Part shown: piece after piece, positions 1-8,650 of the stretch
Layout: each line of letters begins with the position of its first letter
Position numbering within the stretch: the first letter of the stretch is position 1
Origin: Candidatus Fimenecus sp.
GTDB taxonomy: Bacteria; Bacillota; Clostridia; Oscillospirales; Acutalibacteraceae
Reading direction: 5' to 3'
DNA: 64,000 bases
Assembly (NCBI GenBank): GCA_051881455.1
Contig: JBJEPX010000004.1
Coordinates: 6,591-70,590 of the forward strand
Translations under genes and position numbers: made by a program
Notes under the pieces: model-generated
The model's database searches: none
What the model was told of the DNA's origin: nothing
Seen by the model: only the letters and a program-made list of their open reading frames with translations

Positions 1-1
1 G

Positions 2-1291
2 GCGGCCGTGTTTGTTTTCATTTCTGCGGTCGGATTTTCGGCGGTGAACAGCAGAAACGGTTTGTCGAAAGCCGAGCCTGATGACAACCCACATAACAGT
101 ATTCTGAATATCAACACAATTCAAAACCATAATAGCGAAAGTGATATGCCAAACGGTGACGAAACAATGCCCGACAGTGAGTTGTCCGACACTGTACTCT
201 CATCGGGAGAAGCAGGCAGTTCAACAGTGCCGTCTTCCGAAACGGCAAGTGCGGAAGAAAACGGAACCGTTCAAGGAAACGAAAATGTTTCCTTGGCAGA
301 AAATCCGTCAAATTCAGTTCCGGGAAATCCTGCGGTTAATCCGCCTTCAACATCAAAAACGGAAACCACCACCCAGCCCGCTGAACCTGAATACGATAAT
401 TTTGAATACGCTCCCTACAATAACGGTACAAAATATTATTCCATAACCAAATATACGGGCAATTCGAGGAATGTCACTATTCCTGCAAAAATTGACGATA
501 AATATGTTGTTGAAATTGCATCGGACGCTTTTAAGAGCAACAGCGAAATTGAAACAATCAGCTTTGTAGCGGACAGCGGTCAGCCTTTTTTGTGGATACA
601 GAGCGGCTGCTTTAACTCGCTTAGCTCACTTCACACGATTTCTTTCCCGGACACGGATTTGGGAATTGTCAATGAGTTTGCGAAAAGCTGTACCAAGCTG
701 AAACAGATAAATATTACAAACTGGCAATATAAATTTTTAGACGGCGGACTTTATTACTACACATCAAGGGATTGGAAGCTTCGCTTTTACTGCCCCGCAT
801 ACACCGGTTCTACTCTTACGATTCCGTCTTGGTGCGCAGGTATCGAGGGAAGCTGTAATCTAGACGAAAATCCGTATTTAAAAGTTATCAATATGCACGC
901 AGACTGCACTTCCTTCCCCTCGAACTACAACACCTCAAAGTATCTGGAAGCCGTAAATGTTGACAGTGCGAACACCCATGCGTTCAGCAAGGACGGAGTG
1001 CTGTTCTGTAAGGATTCAAACGGAAACTACTCAACCTCACTTTATCCGCCATGCAAAAAGGATAAGCTTTTTAAAATGCCTGAAAACGTACGGCTTACGG
1101 TTATGTCCAGAGCCGCCTCAAATCCGTATCTTGAAGAGCTTTGGGTTCCAGTTTCATCATCTTTTGATTCATATGACCAGATCTTCTTCAACAGTGCTTT
1201 TCCTAATCTGAAAACAATATATTTGCAAAACGGTCATTCACTGACAGATAGAGCAAAATCCACTTTTACAGGAAATTTATATTTTTATTAA
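2..1291 (+). CDS. BspA-type leucine-rich-repeat surface protein (5' end outside window)
   Basis: The frame of ORF 8..1291 stays open to the window edge. A hydrophobic N-terminal stretch is followed by a ~130-aa Ser/Pro/Asn/Glu/Thr low-complexity linker. Repeated units then follow, such as VTIPAKIDDKYVVEIASDAFKSNSEIETISF and LHTISFPDTDLGIVNEFAKSCTKLKQINI, typical of BspA/Treponema-type LRRs. Confidence 0.55.
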   Translation, partial: AAVFVFISAVGFSAVNSRNGLSKAEPDDNPHNSILNINTIQNHNSESDMPNGDETMPDSELSDTVLSSGEAGSSTVPSSETASAEENGTVQGNENVSLAENPSNSVPGNPAVNPPSTSKTETTTQPAEPEYDNFEYAPYNNGTKYYSITKYTGNSRNVTIPAKIDDKYVVEIASDAFKSNSEIETISFVADSGQPFLWIQSGCFNSLSSLHTISFPDTDLGIVNEFAKSCTKLKQINITNWQYKFLDGGLYYYTSRDWKLRFYCPAYTGSTLTIPSWCAGIEGSCNLDENPYLKVINMHADCTSFPSNYNTSKYLEAVNVDSANTHAFSKDGVLFCKDSNGNYSTSLYPPCKKDKLFKMPENVRLTVMSRAASNPYLEELWVPVSSSFDSYDQIFFNSAFPNLKTIYLQNGHSLTDRAKSTFTGNLYFY

Positions 1292-1304
1292 AGGGATTGG
1301 TAAA

Positions 1305-1730
1305 ATGGTAAAATCAACCACGGAGCTTTTAAATGAACTGAAAGAAGAAAATTGTTCTTTGAACAATTATATAGGAAAAAACGACGAGCATTTCATCAGG
1401 AAAGACATAAAGAATTTTTGGGAAGAACAGATTTGTAATTGTGATTTTTCAAAATCAAATATTATCAACAAATCAGATTTCAGTTACTGCTATTTTTACG
1501 ATGTAATCAACGGCAGGAAACTGCCCACCCGCGACAAAATCGTAAGGCTTGCTCTTGTTATGCATATGAATTTGGATAAGTGTCAAGAGGCTCTTAAACT
1601 TTCGGGCCGCTCCGCTCTGTATCCAAAGTTTAAACGCGACAGTATTATTATCTTTGCAATAGAAAATGGTCTTTCAATTGCAAGGTGTAATGAGCAACTT
1701 GTAAAATACGGAGAGGATGAATTAAAATAA
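1305..1730 (+). CDS. Small helix-turn-helix-like protein (XRE-like family common in gut Clostridia)
   Basis: 141 aa, starting 13 nt after the LRR gene. The segment GRKLPTRDKIVRLALVMHMNLDKCQEALKLSGRSALYPKFKRDSIIIFAIENG resembles the recognition-helix plus 'RDSIIIF' tail of a family I recall being annotated as an HTH domain protein. No search was run. Confidence 0.45.
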   Translation: MVKSTTELLNELKEENCSLNNYIGKNDEHFIRKDIKNFWEEQICNCDFSKSNIINKSDFSYCYFYDVINGRKLPTRDKIVRLALVMHMNLDKCQEALKLSGRSALYPKFKRDSIIIFAIENGLSIARCNEQLVKYGEDELK

Positions 1731-1771
1731 AAGACAAGTCCAATGAAATCCTTGCATATATTGAAAACTCC

Positions 1772-2461
1772 TTGGAGCATTACTTCAACCGTGAAGCAGT
1801 ACTGAAAGAAACAGATTTTTCCAGCATTTTCCTCTATCAGCACAAGGAAAACAGCTCGTATATTGTTAAAATCTTTTCTTTAAATCCAAACGATGATGTT
1901 TTCAGAATTCTCAAGAATAAAGCTCACCCAAATTTACCCATAATTTTCGATGTTTGCGCTGATGATAACGGTATAACTGTTCTTGAAGAATACATTGAGG
2001 GCGACCGTTTGGATACGATTTTGGAAAACGGTCCGTTGGAAAAGAGAACTGCTTGCCGTTATGCCTGTCAGCTTTGCGATGCGCTTACATTTTTACATTC
2101 CTTCGGCATTATTCACCGCGATATTAAGCCCTCAAATATTATTATTAAAAAGGACGGAACAGCGGTGCTTATTGATCTTTCCATTGCAAGGCTTATAAAC
2201 GAAAACGACACCGATACAAGGGAACTGGGTACGCCGGGCTTTGCCGCTCCAGAACAATTCGGGATTTCGCAATCCGGCAAGGAAACCGATATTTATGCCT
2301 TGGGTGTTCTTCTTAATTTAATGCTTACGGGCGTTCACCCAACAGTTAATATGCCCAAAGGACATTATAAAAGGATTATAAAAAAGGCAACTTCAACTCA
2401 AATGACGAAAAGATTTCACAGTGCAAAATCAATGAAAAAGCAGCTTTCACCGTTTACATAA
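1772..2461 (+). CDS. Ser/Thr protein kinase, catalytic domain only
   Basis: HRDIKPSNIII catalytic loop, DLS (the DFG equivalent), GTPGFAAPE (APE motif) and IVKI lysine are present. There is no recognisable GxGxxG loop, TM or sensor domain. The first usable in-frame start is TTG 1772 (no ATG), so the start is uncertain. Confidence 0.75.
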   Translation: MEHYFNREAVLKETDFSSIFLYQHKENSSYIVKIFSLNPNDDVFRILKNKAHPNLPIIFDVCADDNGITVLEEYIEGDRLDTILENGPLEKRTACRYACQLCDALTFLHSFGIIHRDIKPSNIIIKKDGTAVLIDLSIARLINENDTDTRELGTPGFAAPEQFGISQSGKETDIYALGVLLNLMLTGVHPTVNMPKGHYKRIIKKATSTQMTKRFHSAKSMKKQLSPFT

Positions 2462-2495
2462 AAAACCGTGAGTTCACAAAACTCACGGTTTTCTT
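2461..2495. terminator. Bidirectional rho-independent terminator between the kinase gene and copA
   Basis: AAAAACCGTGAGT-tcacaaa-ACTCACGGTTTTCTTTT. A 10-bp stem is flanked by an A-run and a T-run. Confidence 0.75.
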
Positions 2496-4991
2496 TTATT
2501 CTATAACCGTATATCCTTTATCCTCAACGGCCTTTTTGATAACATCGTCGGACAAGTCTGTGTTAAGCTTTAATACTGCCGTGCCCTCTGTATGGCTGAC
2601 GATTGCCTCATCAACCTGAGGAAACTCCTCAAACATTTTCTTAACCGTTGCCTCGCAATGAGAGCACATCATACCTTCGATTTTTACTGTTTTTTCCATA
2701 GTTTTTGACTCCTTTATTTTTGATTTGATTTTTTTATCATGTTTACTGTTATGAATATCCTTAAAGTTTAACCGCAACGCATTTGTAACTACACATACGC
2801 TGGAAAGGCTCATTGCCGCCGCCGCAAACATTGGGCTTAACTGCAAGCCGAAAACAGGTATCAGCGCACCTGCCGCGAGAGGAATTCCCACGGCGTTATA
2901 AAAGAACGCCCAAAAGAGATTTTCGTGAATGTTGCAAAGAGCGGCTCGGCTCAGTCTTACAGCGGCAGGCACATCGGAAAGTCTGCTGTTCATGAGCACA
3001 ACATCGGCGGCATCAATGGCAATATCCGTCCCCGCACCTATGGCGAACCCCATATCGGCGCTAGTCAATGCAGGAGCGTCGTTTATGCCGTCGCCAACCA
3101 TTATTACCTTGCCCTGCTGTTTTAACTGCCTGATTACCTTTTCCTTGCCATCGGGGAGCACTCCTGCCGCAACATCATCAACACCTGCCGCCTTGCCTAT
3201 TGCACGGGCGGTTTTTTCATTGTCACCTGTGAGCATTACAACTCGAAGTCCCATATTTTGCAGTTCCTTTATAGCTTTGGGACTATCCTCTTTTATCACA
3301 TCGGCAACGGCAATCACGCCCAAAAGTTCACCGTTTTTACAAAACAGTAAAGGAGTTTTTCCCTCATCTGCTTTATCCTCCGCATTTTTTTGAATAATGT
3401 CTGGAACTTTTGCTTTTTCTCTGATAAAATTCAAACTGCCGCCGTAAATCTCATCATTTTCAAACTTTGCATATAGTCCGTTCCCCGGCAGAGCCTCAAA
3501 ATCTGTCACGACAAAACGCTGAATACCCATTTCCTCGCCTTTTGCCGTAATCGCTCTTGAAAGCGGGTGCTCACTGTGAAATTCAAGGGAAAAAGCGGTG
3601 GTCAAAAGCTCATTTTCGGTAATACCTTCAGCAGGGATAATATCTGTAACTTCGGGCTTACCCATAGTAATTGTGCCTGTTTTATCAAGCACGGCTATCT
3701 GTGCTTTGCCTGTCTGTTCGAGGGACTCGGCGTTTTTAAAGAGAATACCGTTTTTTGCCCCTACTCCGTTACCTACCATAATGGCAACGGGAGTGGCAAG
3801 CCCCAAAGCGCATGGACAGCTTATTACAAGCACGGAAATTCCCCTTGCAAGAGCAAAGCCGAAGCCCTGCCCCACAATAAGCCAAACGATAACGGTTATT
3901 ACCGCCATTACAGTTACAACGGGAACGAACACGCCGGAAACACGGTCTGCCGCTTTTGCGATGGGTGCTTTTGTGGCGGCGGCATCGCTGACAGTTTTAA
4001 TTATTTGTGAAAGAGTTGTATCCTCACCTACCCGAGTTGCCTCGCACTTAATATATCCCGACTGATTTATGGTTGCGGCAGACACCCTATCTCCCACGGT
4101 TTTATCGGCAGGTATGCTTTCACCCGTCAAAGCCGACTCATCAACTGCCGTTGTGCCCTCAAGAATAATGCCGTCAACAGGAATACTCCCGCCGGGGCGT
4201 ACAACAAATATATCACCTTTTCGGATATTCTCAACAGGCACCTCTGTTTCAACGCCGTCTGTTATTACCACGGCGGTTTTAGGTGCCAAATTCATAAGTC
4301 CTTTCAGCGCATCGGTGGTTTTGCCCTTTGACCGTGCTTCAAGCATTTTACCCACGGTAATAAGGGTGAGAATCATTGCGGCGGATTCAAAATAGAACTC
4401 GTGCATATAGCCCATCACAGCCGCCGTGTCACCTTTTAACTGTGCATCGGTCATGGCAAAAAGCACATATGTGCTGTATATAAATGCGGCGCTCGCACCG
4501 AGAGCCACAAGTGTGTCCATATTGGGAGAACGGTGTAAAAGCCCCTTAAAGCCGCTTATAAAGAATTTTTGGTTGATTACCATTACAATTGCCGTTAAAA
4601 GCAACTGTAACAATCCCATGGCAATATGATTTCCCGTCAATATGGAGGGCAACGGCCAGCCCCACATCATATGCCCCATTGAAATATACATTAAAACTAT
4701 TAAAAACACTAACGAGGCAATAAGTCGCTTTTTAAGCTTGGGAGTTTCTGTATCTTTTAACACATCATCGGATTTTGACGGTGATTTTGTGCTTCTCTTT
4801 AAAGCGGCACCGTAGCCTGCCGCCCTGACAGCATCTATTATTTTTTCAGAAGACGCCGTACCCTCAACGCCCATTGAATTTGTCAAAAGGTTGACCGCAC
4901 AAGAGGTTACGCCGTCCACACCCGTTACGGCTTTTTCCACACGGGCGGCACAGGCGGCACAGCTCATTCCGCTGACAGAATATTGAGTCAT
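2496..4991 (-). CDS. copA: Copper-translocating P1B-type ATPase with an extra C-terminal HMA (CopZ-like) domain
   Basis: N-terminal [21 protein letters not shown] motif ([11 protein letters not shown]), DKTGTIT phosphorylation site and GDGINDAP are present. The C-terminal 67 aa form a second HMA ([13 protein letters not shown]). SD AAGGTGA lies upstream of ATG 4991. Confidence 0.95.
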   Translation of the reverse strand: MTQYSVSGMSCAACAARVEKAVTGVDGVTSCAVNLLTNSMGVEGTASSEKIIDAVRAAGYGAALKRSTKSPSKSDDVLKDTETPKLKKRLIASLVFLIVLMYISMGHMMWGWPLPSILTGNHIAMGLLQLLLTAIVMVINQKFFISGFKGLLHRSPNMDTLVALGASAAFIYSTYVLFAMTDAQLKGDTAAVMGYMHEFYFESAAMILTLITVGKMLEARSKGKTTDALKGLMNLAPKTAVVITDGVETEVPVENIRKGDIFVVRPGGSIPVDGIILEGTTAVDESALTGESIPADKTVGDRVSAATINQSGYIKCEATRVGEDTTLSQIIKTVSDAAATKAPIAKAADRVSGVFVPVVTVMAVITVIVWLIVGQGFGFALARGISVLVISCPCALGLATPVAIMVGNGVGAKNGILFKNAESLEQTGKAQIAVLDKTGTITMGKPEVTDIIPAEGITENELLTTAFSLEFHSEHPLSRAITAKGEEMGIQRFVVTDFEALPGNGLYAKFENDEIYGGSLNFIREKAKVPDIIQKNAEDKADEGKTPLLFCKNGELLGVIAVADVIKEDSPKAIKELQNMGLRVVMLTGDNEKTARAIGKAAGVDDVAAGVLPDGKEKVIRQLKQQGKVIMVGDGINDAPALTSADMGFAIGAGTDIAIDAADVVLMNSRLSDVPAAVRLSRAALCNIHENLFWAFFYNAVGIPLAAGALIPVFGLQLSPMFAAAAMSLSSVCVVTNALRLNFKDIHNSKHDKKIKSKIKESKTMEKTVKIEGMMCSHCEATVKKMFEEFPQVDEAIVSHTEGTAVLKLNTDLSDDVIKKAVEDKGYTVIE

Positions 4992-5000
4992 AATTTCACC

Positions 5001-5303
5001 TTATTTCATAAGCTTTTGCAAGGTTTTGAGCAAATCGTCAACCGTTTCAGTTTTTCCTGCCTTAATATCGTCTGTAACGCAAGTCTTGATATGATTTGCA
5101 AGTAATTCTTTATTAAAAGCATTAAGCGCCGCATTAACTGCGGACACCTGTATTATTATGTCCGTACAGCAAGCGTTTTTTTCAACCATTCCGCGGATTC
5201 CCCGAATTTGCCCCTCAATACGGTTAAGACGATTGATAAGCGATTTATATTCCTCCTCGGAACGCATTTTTGTTTTATGACAGCAGTTGCAGTTGTTCTC
5301 CAT
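5001..5303 (-). CDS. csoR: CsoR-family copper-sensing repressor
   Basis: 100 aa with the pattern LINRLNRIEGQIRGIRGM...CCTDIIIQVSAVNAAL typical of CsoR/RcnR (DUF156). The stop lies 9 nt before the copA start. Confidence 0.85.
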   Translation of the reverse strand: MENNCNCCHKTKMRSEEEYKSLINRLNRIEGQIRGIRGMVEKNACCTDIIIQVSAVNAALNAFNKELLANHIKTCVTDDIKAGKTETVDDLLKTLQKLMK

Positions 5304-5335
5304 TACAGTTACCTCACTTGGATTTTCATATTTTC

Positions 5336-5364
5336 ATTATATACCCCCATAGGGTATATGTCAA
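5336..5364 (-). promoter_or_regulatory. csoR-copA promoter with the CsoR operator in the spacer
   Basis: The minus strand reads TTGACA(5364-5359)-17 nt-TATAAT(5341-5336). The spacer is the pseudo-palindrome ATACCC-tatgg-GGGTAT (5341-5357). Confidence 0.7.
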
Positions 5365-5423
5365 GGGGTAAAAAATTTTCCCCTTTTGGGGAATTTTCAA
5401 TTTTTCATTTTCAACTCTCAATT

Positions 5424-5457
5424 AAAAAAAGTACGGGCGATTCACGAATCGCCCGTA
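5424..5457 (-). terminator. lgt-folD terminator, which is also a copy of a repeated palindrome
   Basis: TACGGGCGATT-cgtg-AATCGCCCGTA (11-bp stem), followed on the minus strand by CTTTTTTT. Confidence 0.65.
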
Positions 5458-5540
5458 AAATTACATACAAATTCATATATTGTTTTGAGATATTCACCTC
5501 ATCAGTCGGCTGTGCCGACAGCTTCCCCTCAAGGGGAAGC
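5427..5540. repeat. Intergenic GC-rich hairpin-module cluster A
   Basis: Hairpins lie at 5432-5457, 5505-5519 (GTCGGC-tgt-GCCGAC) and 5521-5540 (GCTTCCCCT-ca-AGGGGAAGC). The unit 5427-5461 recurs inverted at 30362-30396. Confidence 0.6.
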
Positions 5541-5586
5541 CAATTTACGGTGGGAGCAGACGGTCCCCTACAACAACGCCGTGAAA

Positions 5587-6438
5587 TTATTTATTAAAAT
5601 GTTGTTTTGATGCTGTGAGTGTATTTTTGAGAAGCATCGTAATGGTCATGGGGCCTACGCCGCCTGGTACGGGAGTGATAAATGAGCATTTGTCCTTAAC
5701 CGCTTCAAAATCCACATCGCCGCAAAGTTTACCCTCTGCGTTTCTGTTCATACCGACATCAACAACAACGGCGCCGTCCTTTACCATATCGGGCGTTACA
5801 AAATATGCCTTGCCCACTGCGGCAACGAGAATATCCGCCCGTCTTGTTACCTCTTTTAGGTTCTTTGTTCTTGAATGGCAGATTGTAACAGTTCCGTTTT
5901 GACCGAGGAGAAGCATTGCCATAGGCTTGCCCACAATATTACTTCTGCCGATTACAACACATTCCTTGCCCTCAACGGAAATATCATAGTATTTGAGCAT
6001 TTCCATAATTCCTGCCGGTGTGCAGGGCAAAAATGAATGGTCGCCAATCATAATATGGCCTGTATTAACAGGGTGGAAAGCGTCAACATCCTTATGAGGA
6101 GCAATGGCGTTAAGTACCTTTTTTTCATCTATCTGTGAGGGTAGCGGCAACTGACAGAGAATACCGTCAACTGCATTGTCTTTATTGAGCTTTTCAACAA
6201 GTGCTAATAACTCTTCTGTGGTTGTTTCTTCGGGGAGGGCATATTCAAATGACTCCATTCCCACCTCGGCACAGCCTTTTTTCTTATTGTTTACATAAAC
6301 CCGTGATGCGGGATTATTGCCCACTATTATAACGGCAAGTCCTGTGCTTTTGCCCTCTTTTTTGAGCGCTTCAACCTCTTTTTTTATACTTTCGCGCACA
6401 GACGCCGCAACCTCTTTACCGTCAATAATCTTATACAC
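5587..6438 (-). CDS. folD: Bifunctional methylene-THF dehydrogenase/methenyl-THF cyclohydrolase
   Basis: IIDGKEVA start region, YVNNKKKGCAEVG, GRSNIVGKPMAMLL and PVPGGVGPMT are present. The track ORF runs to 6507, but SD AAGGAGA plus GTG 6438 fits a normal FolD N-terminus and overlaps the lgt stop by 8 nt. Confidence 0.9.
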   Translation of the reverse strand: MYKIIDGKEVAASVRESIKKEVEALKKEGKSTGLAVIIVGNNPASRVYVNNKKKGCAEVGMESFEYALPEETTTEELLALVEKLNKDNAVDGILCQLPLPSQIDEKKVLNAIAPHKDVDAFHPVNTGHIMIGDHSFLPCTPAGIMEMLKYYDISVEGKECVVIGRSNIVGKPMAMLLLGQNGTVTICHSRTKNLKEVTRRADILVAAVGKAYFVTPDMVKDGAVVVDVGMNRNAEGKLCGDVDFEAVKDKCSFITPVPGGVGPMTITMLLKNTLTASKQHFNK

Positions 6439-7363
6439 TGCTTTTGTTCTCCTTATACTCTTTAACTTTCTGCTCTTTTTCTTTCTGTATCTGGATAAAC
6501 TTTGCAACGGTCAATGCAGTACAGCAAACCACAAGTACCATAGAGAGCACCTGCGAAACGCGCAGATTTGTAGAGCCGATATAAAGACTGTCCGTACGAA
6601 GGCCCTCGACCACGGCTCTTTCAAGTCCGTAAATTATACCGTAGCCCAAAATAAGCTGACCGTCAAACTTTCTGAATTTTTGACAAACAATAAACAGTAT
6701 TACAAAGCCTATAAGACACCATAGAGATTCGTAAAGGAAAGTGGGGTGAACAGGAAGGTCGGCGTCCATTTGAATTCCGTTTTGAGCAAAAGTTCCGTAA
6801 TTGGCGGTTATGTACGCGGATATTTTGTCGCTTGTCATCCCCCATGGGAGAGTTGTGTTTGTGCCGAAAGCCTCCTGATTGGTAAAGTTTCCCCATCTGC
6901 CGATACCCTGACCTATAAGGAAACTCATTCCTGCCAAATCAAGCAGCTTGTAAAAATTCAAATCAATCTTTTTACAAACGAAAAAGGCAACTATCAAGGC
7001 GCCGATAATTCCGCCGTAAATAGCAAGACCGCCCTCCCATATTTTGAAAATTGAGAGCAAATCGTTTTTATAACTGTCCCATTCAAATGCAACATAATAA
7101 AGTCTTGCGCCAACTATTCCGCCGATTGTGCCGTAAATGAGCACATCAAGCATTTTATCAAGGTCCATTTTCCATTTATAAGCCATTCTGCCGCCGAAAA
7201 GCACGGCAAGAGTAAAGCCCAATGCAATAATTACGCCGTAAAACTTAATGGTAATATCAATATCCCAGCCGGGGATTGTGAATTCCACAAGATTTTCATA
7301 AACATCAAGTTTCCAGCCCAATTTCGGGAACTCAACGAGAGTATAATCGGTTAAAAATTTCAT
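6431..7363 (-). CDS. lgt: Prolipoprotein diacylglyceryl transferase
   Basis: Polytopic membrane protein carrying the GIGRWGNFTNQEAFG signature. Confidence 0.9.
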   Translation of the reverse strand: MKFLTDYTLVEFPKLGWKLDVYENLVEFTIPGWDIDITIKFYGVIIALGFTLAVLFGGRMAYKWKMDLDKMLDVLIYGTIGGIVGARLYYVAFEWDSYKNDLLSIFKIWEGGLAIYGGIIGALIVAFFVCKKIDLNFYKLLDLAGMSFLIGQGIGRWGNFTNQEAFGTNTTLPWGMTSDKISAYITANYGTFAQNGIQMDADLPVHPTFLYESLWCLIGFVILFIVCQKFRKFDGQLILGYGIIYGLERAVVEGLRTDSLYIGSTNLRVSQVLSMVLVVCCTALTVAKFIQIQKEKEQKVKEYKENKSSV

Positions 7364-7378
7364 ACGGTATCTCCCTTG

Positions 7379-8650
7379 CTACATTATAATTGACATTGAA
7401 GAATTTTCAATGTTTATTGCATTTCTTAAACGAGAGTCAATATCCTCGGCTGTTATACTTTCAAGCACCGAAAGGCGTTCAAAAAGACCGCAACCGCTGA
7501 AATATTCACCCACAAGGTCATTGGCTATTGAATCTATATCGTTAAAATTCATTATAAAACTGCCGTAATGCTTTTTCTTGATACGGTCAAAGTCCTCACG
7601 GCTGACGCCCTCTTTTTTCACACGCATAATTTCTTCGTTTATGCGCTCGCGCACCTTTTCACAGTTTGTGCTTTCCCCCGTGAAAATATGGGCGGAGTAT
7701 CCGTAACCTTCAAAATATTCCGTATCAAATGTGGTATTCACAAGCCCCTCGCTTATCAGCTCCTCATAAAGATTTGAGGTCTTGCCCGCAATAATATCAA
7801 GAAGAATTGCGCTTTCAAGGGACTCCTTTAAGGTTCTTTCGGGAGTTTTTACATTCTCTTTATAGCCTATTGCGAAAATAGGCATTGCCACGCTGAGTTT
7901 TCTCGTAACCGTATCCTGAACAACTGTTTCGGGCTCAGGTTCAAAGCTGCGTTCAATTTTCTTGGATACCTTGGGTTTGAGTATTCTATCCGCCACGCTC
8001 AGCACCTGCTCCACGGTAACATTGCCTGCCACAGCAAGCGCCATGTTTGCGGGATTATAAAAGGTTTCGTAACAGCTGTAAAGCAAATCCGCTGTAATAT
8101 GGCTTATAGACTCCACCGTACCTGCTATGTCGATTTTTACGGGGTGCTTATGGTACATTGCACGAAGAAGAGAGAAAAGGAACTCCCAACCGGGGTCATC
8201 GTTGCACATTTTTATTTCCTGCCCGATTATTCCCTGTTCTTTTTGAACGGTTTCGGGAGTGAAATAAGGATTGCTTACAAAATCAAGCAGTATTTCGAGG
8301 GACTGCCGGAAATTACCGCTGCATGAGAAGAGATAACAAGTTTTATCAAAAGATGTGTAAGCATTTGCTGAGGCTCCTGTTTTTGCATATCTTGCAAAAG
8401 CGTCCAACTCCTCGCTTTCAAAAAGCTTGTGTTCAAGAAAATGGGCAATTCCCTCGGGAACAGCAATAAAATCCTTTTCGCCCTCTAATCTGAATCGGGT
8501 ATCTATTGAGCCGTATTTTGTACCGAATACCGCATATGCAGAGGAATAGTTTTCCTTGGGATAAACGAAAATTTTAAGTCCCGAGGAATGGTCAATTTCA
8601 TAATAACTGTCATTTAAAAGTTCGTTTTTAATTTCTTTTATATTATTCAT
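7379..8650 (-). CDS. M16-family zinc peptidase (catalytic subunit)
   Basis: Inverted zinc motif HxxEH (GIAHFLEHKLFE). The gene ends in TAG and overlaps its upstream partner by 8 nt. Confidence 0.85.
   Translation of the reverse strand: MNNIKEIKNELLNDSYYEIDHSSGLKIFVYPKENYSSAYAVFGTKYGSIDTRFRLEGEKDFIAVPEGIAHFLEHKLFESEELDAFARYAKTGASANAYTSFDKTCYLFSCSGNFRQSLEILLDFVSNPYFTPETVQKEQGIIGQEIKMCNDDPGWEFLFSLLRAMYHKHPVKIDIAGTVESISHITADLLYSCYETFYNPANMALAVAGNVTVEQVLSVADRILKPKVSKKIERSFEPEPETVVQDTVTRKLSVAMPIFAIGYKENVKTPERTLKESLESAILLDIIAGKTSNLYEELISEGLVNTTFDTEYFEGYGYSAHIFTGESTNCEKVRERINEEIMRVKKEGVSREDFDRIKKKHYGSFIMNFNDIDSIANDLVGEYFSGCGLFERLSVLESITAEDIDSRLRNAINIENSSMSIIM

Noticed and set aside
5208-5610. 129-aa and 74-aa ORFs across the csoR/folD spacer. 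The same applies to 30259..30468 and 30383..30583 across the GH3/permease spacer.
   Set aside because: They only translate the GC-rich hairpin modules; the shared GDSRIARKIT string comes from the repeated palindrome. They have no SD, and they cross promoters and terminators.
6439-6507. N-terminal extension of folD (MQSLSRYRKKKSRKLKSIRRTKA...) given by the ORF track
   Set aside because: The extension overlaps the lgt coding end by 77 nt and is highly basic junk. AAGGAGA plus GTG 6438 gives the canonical FolD start (YKIIDGK).
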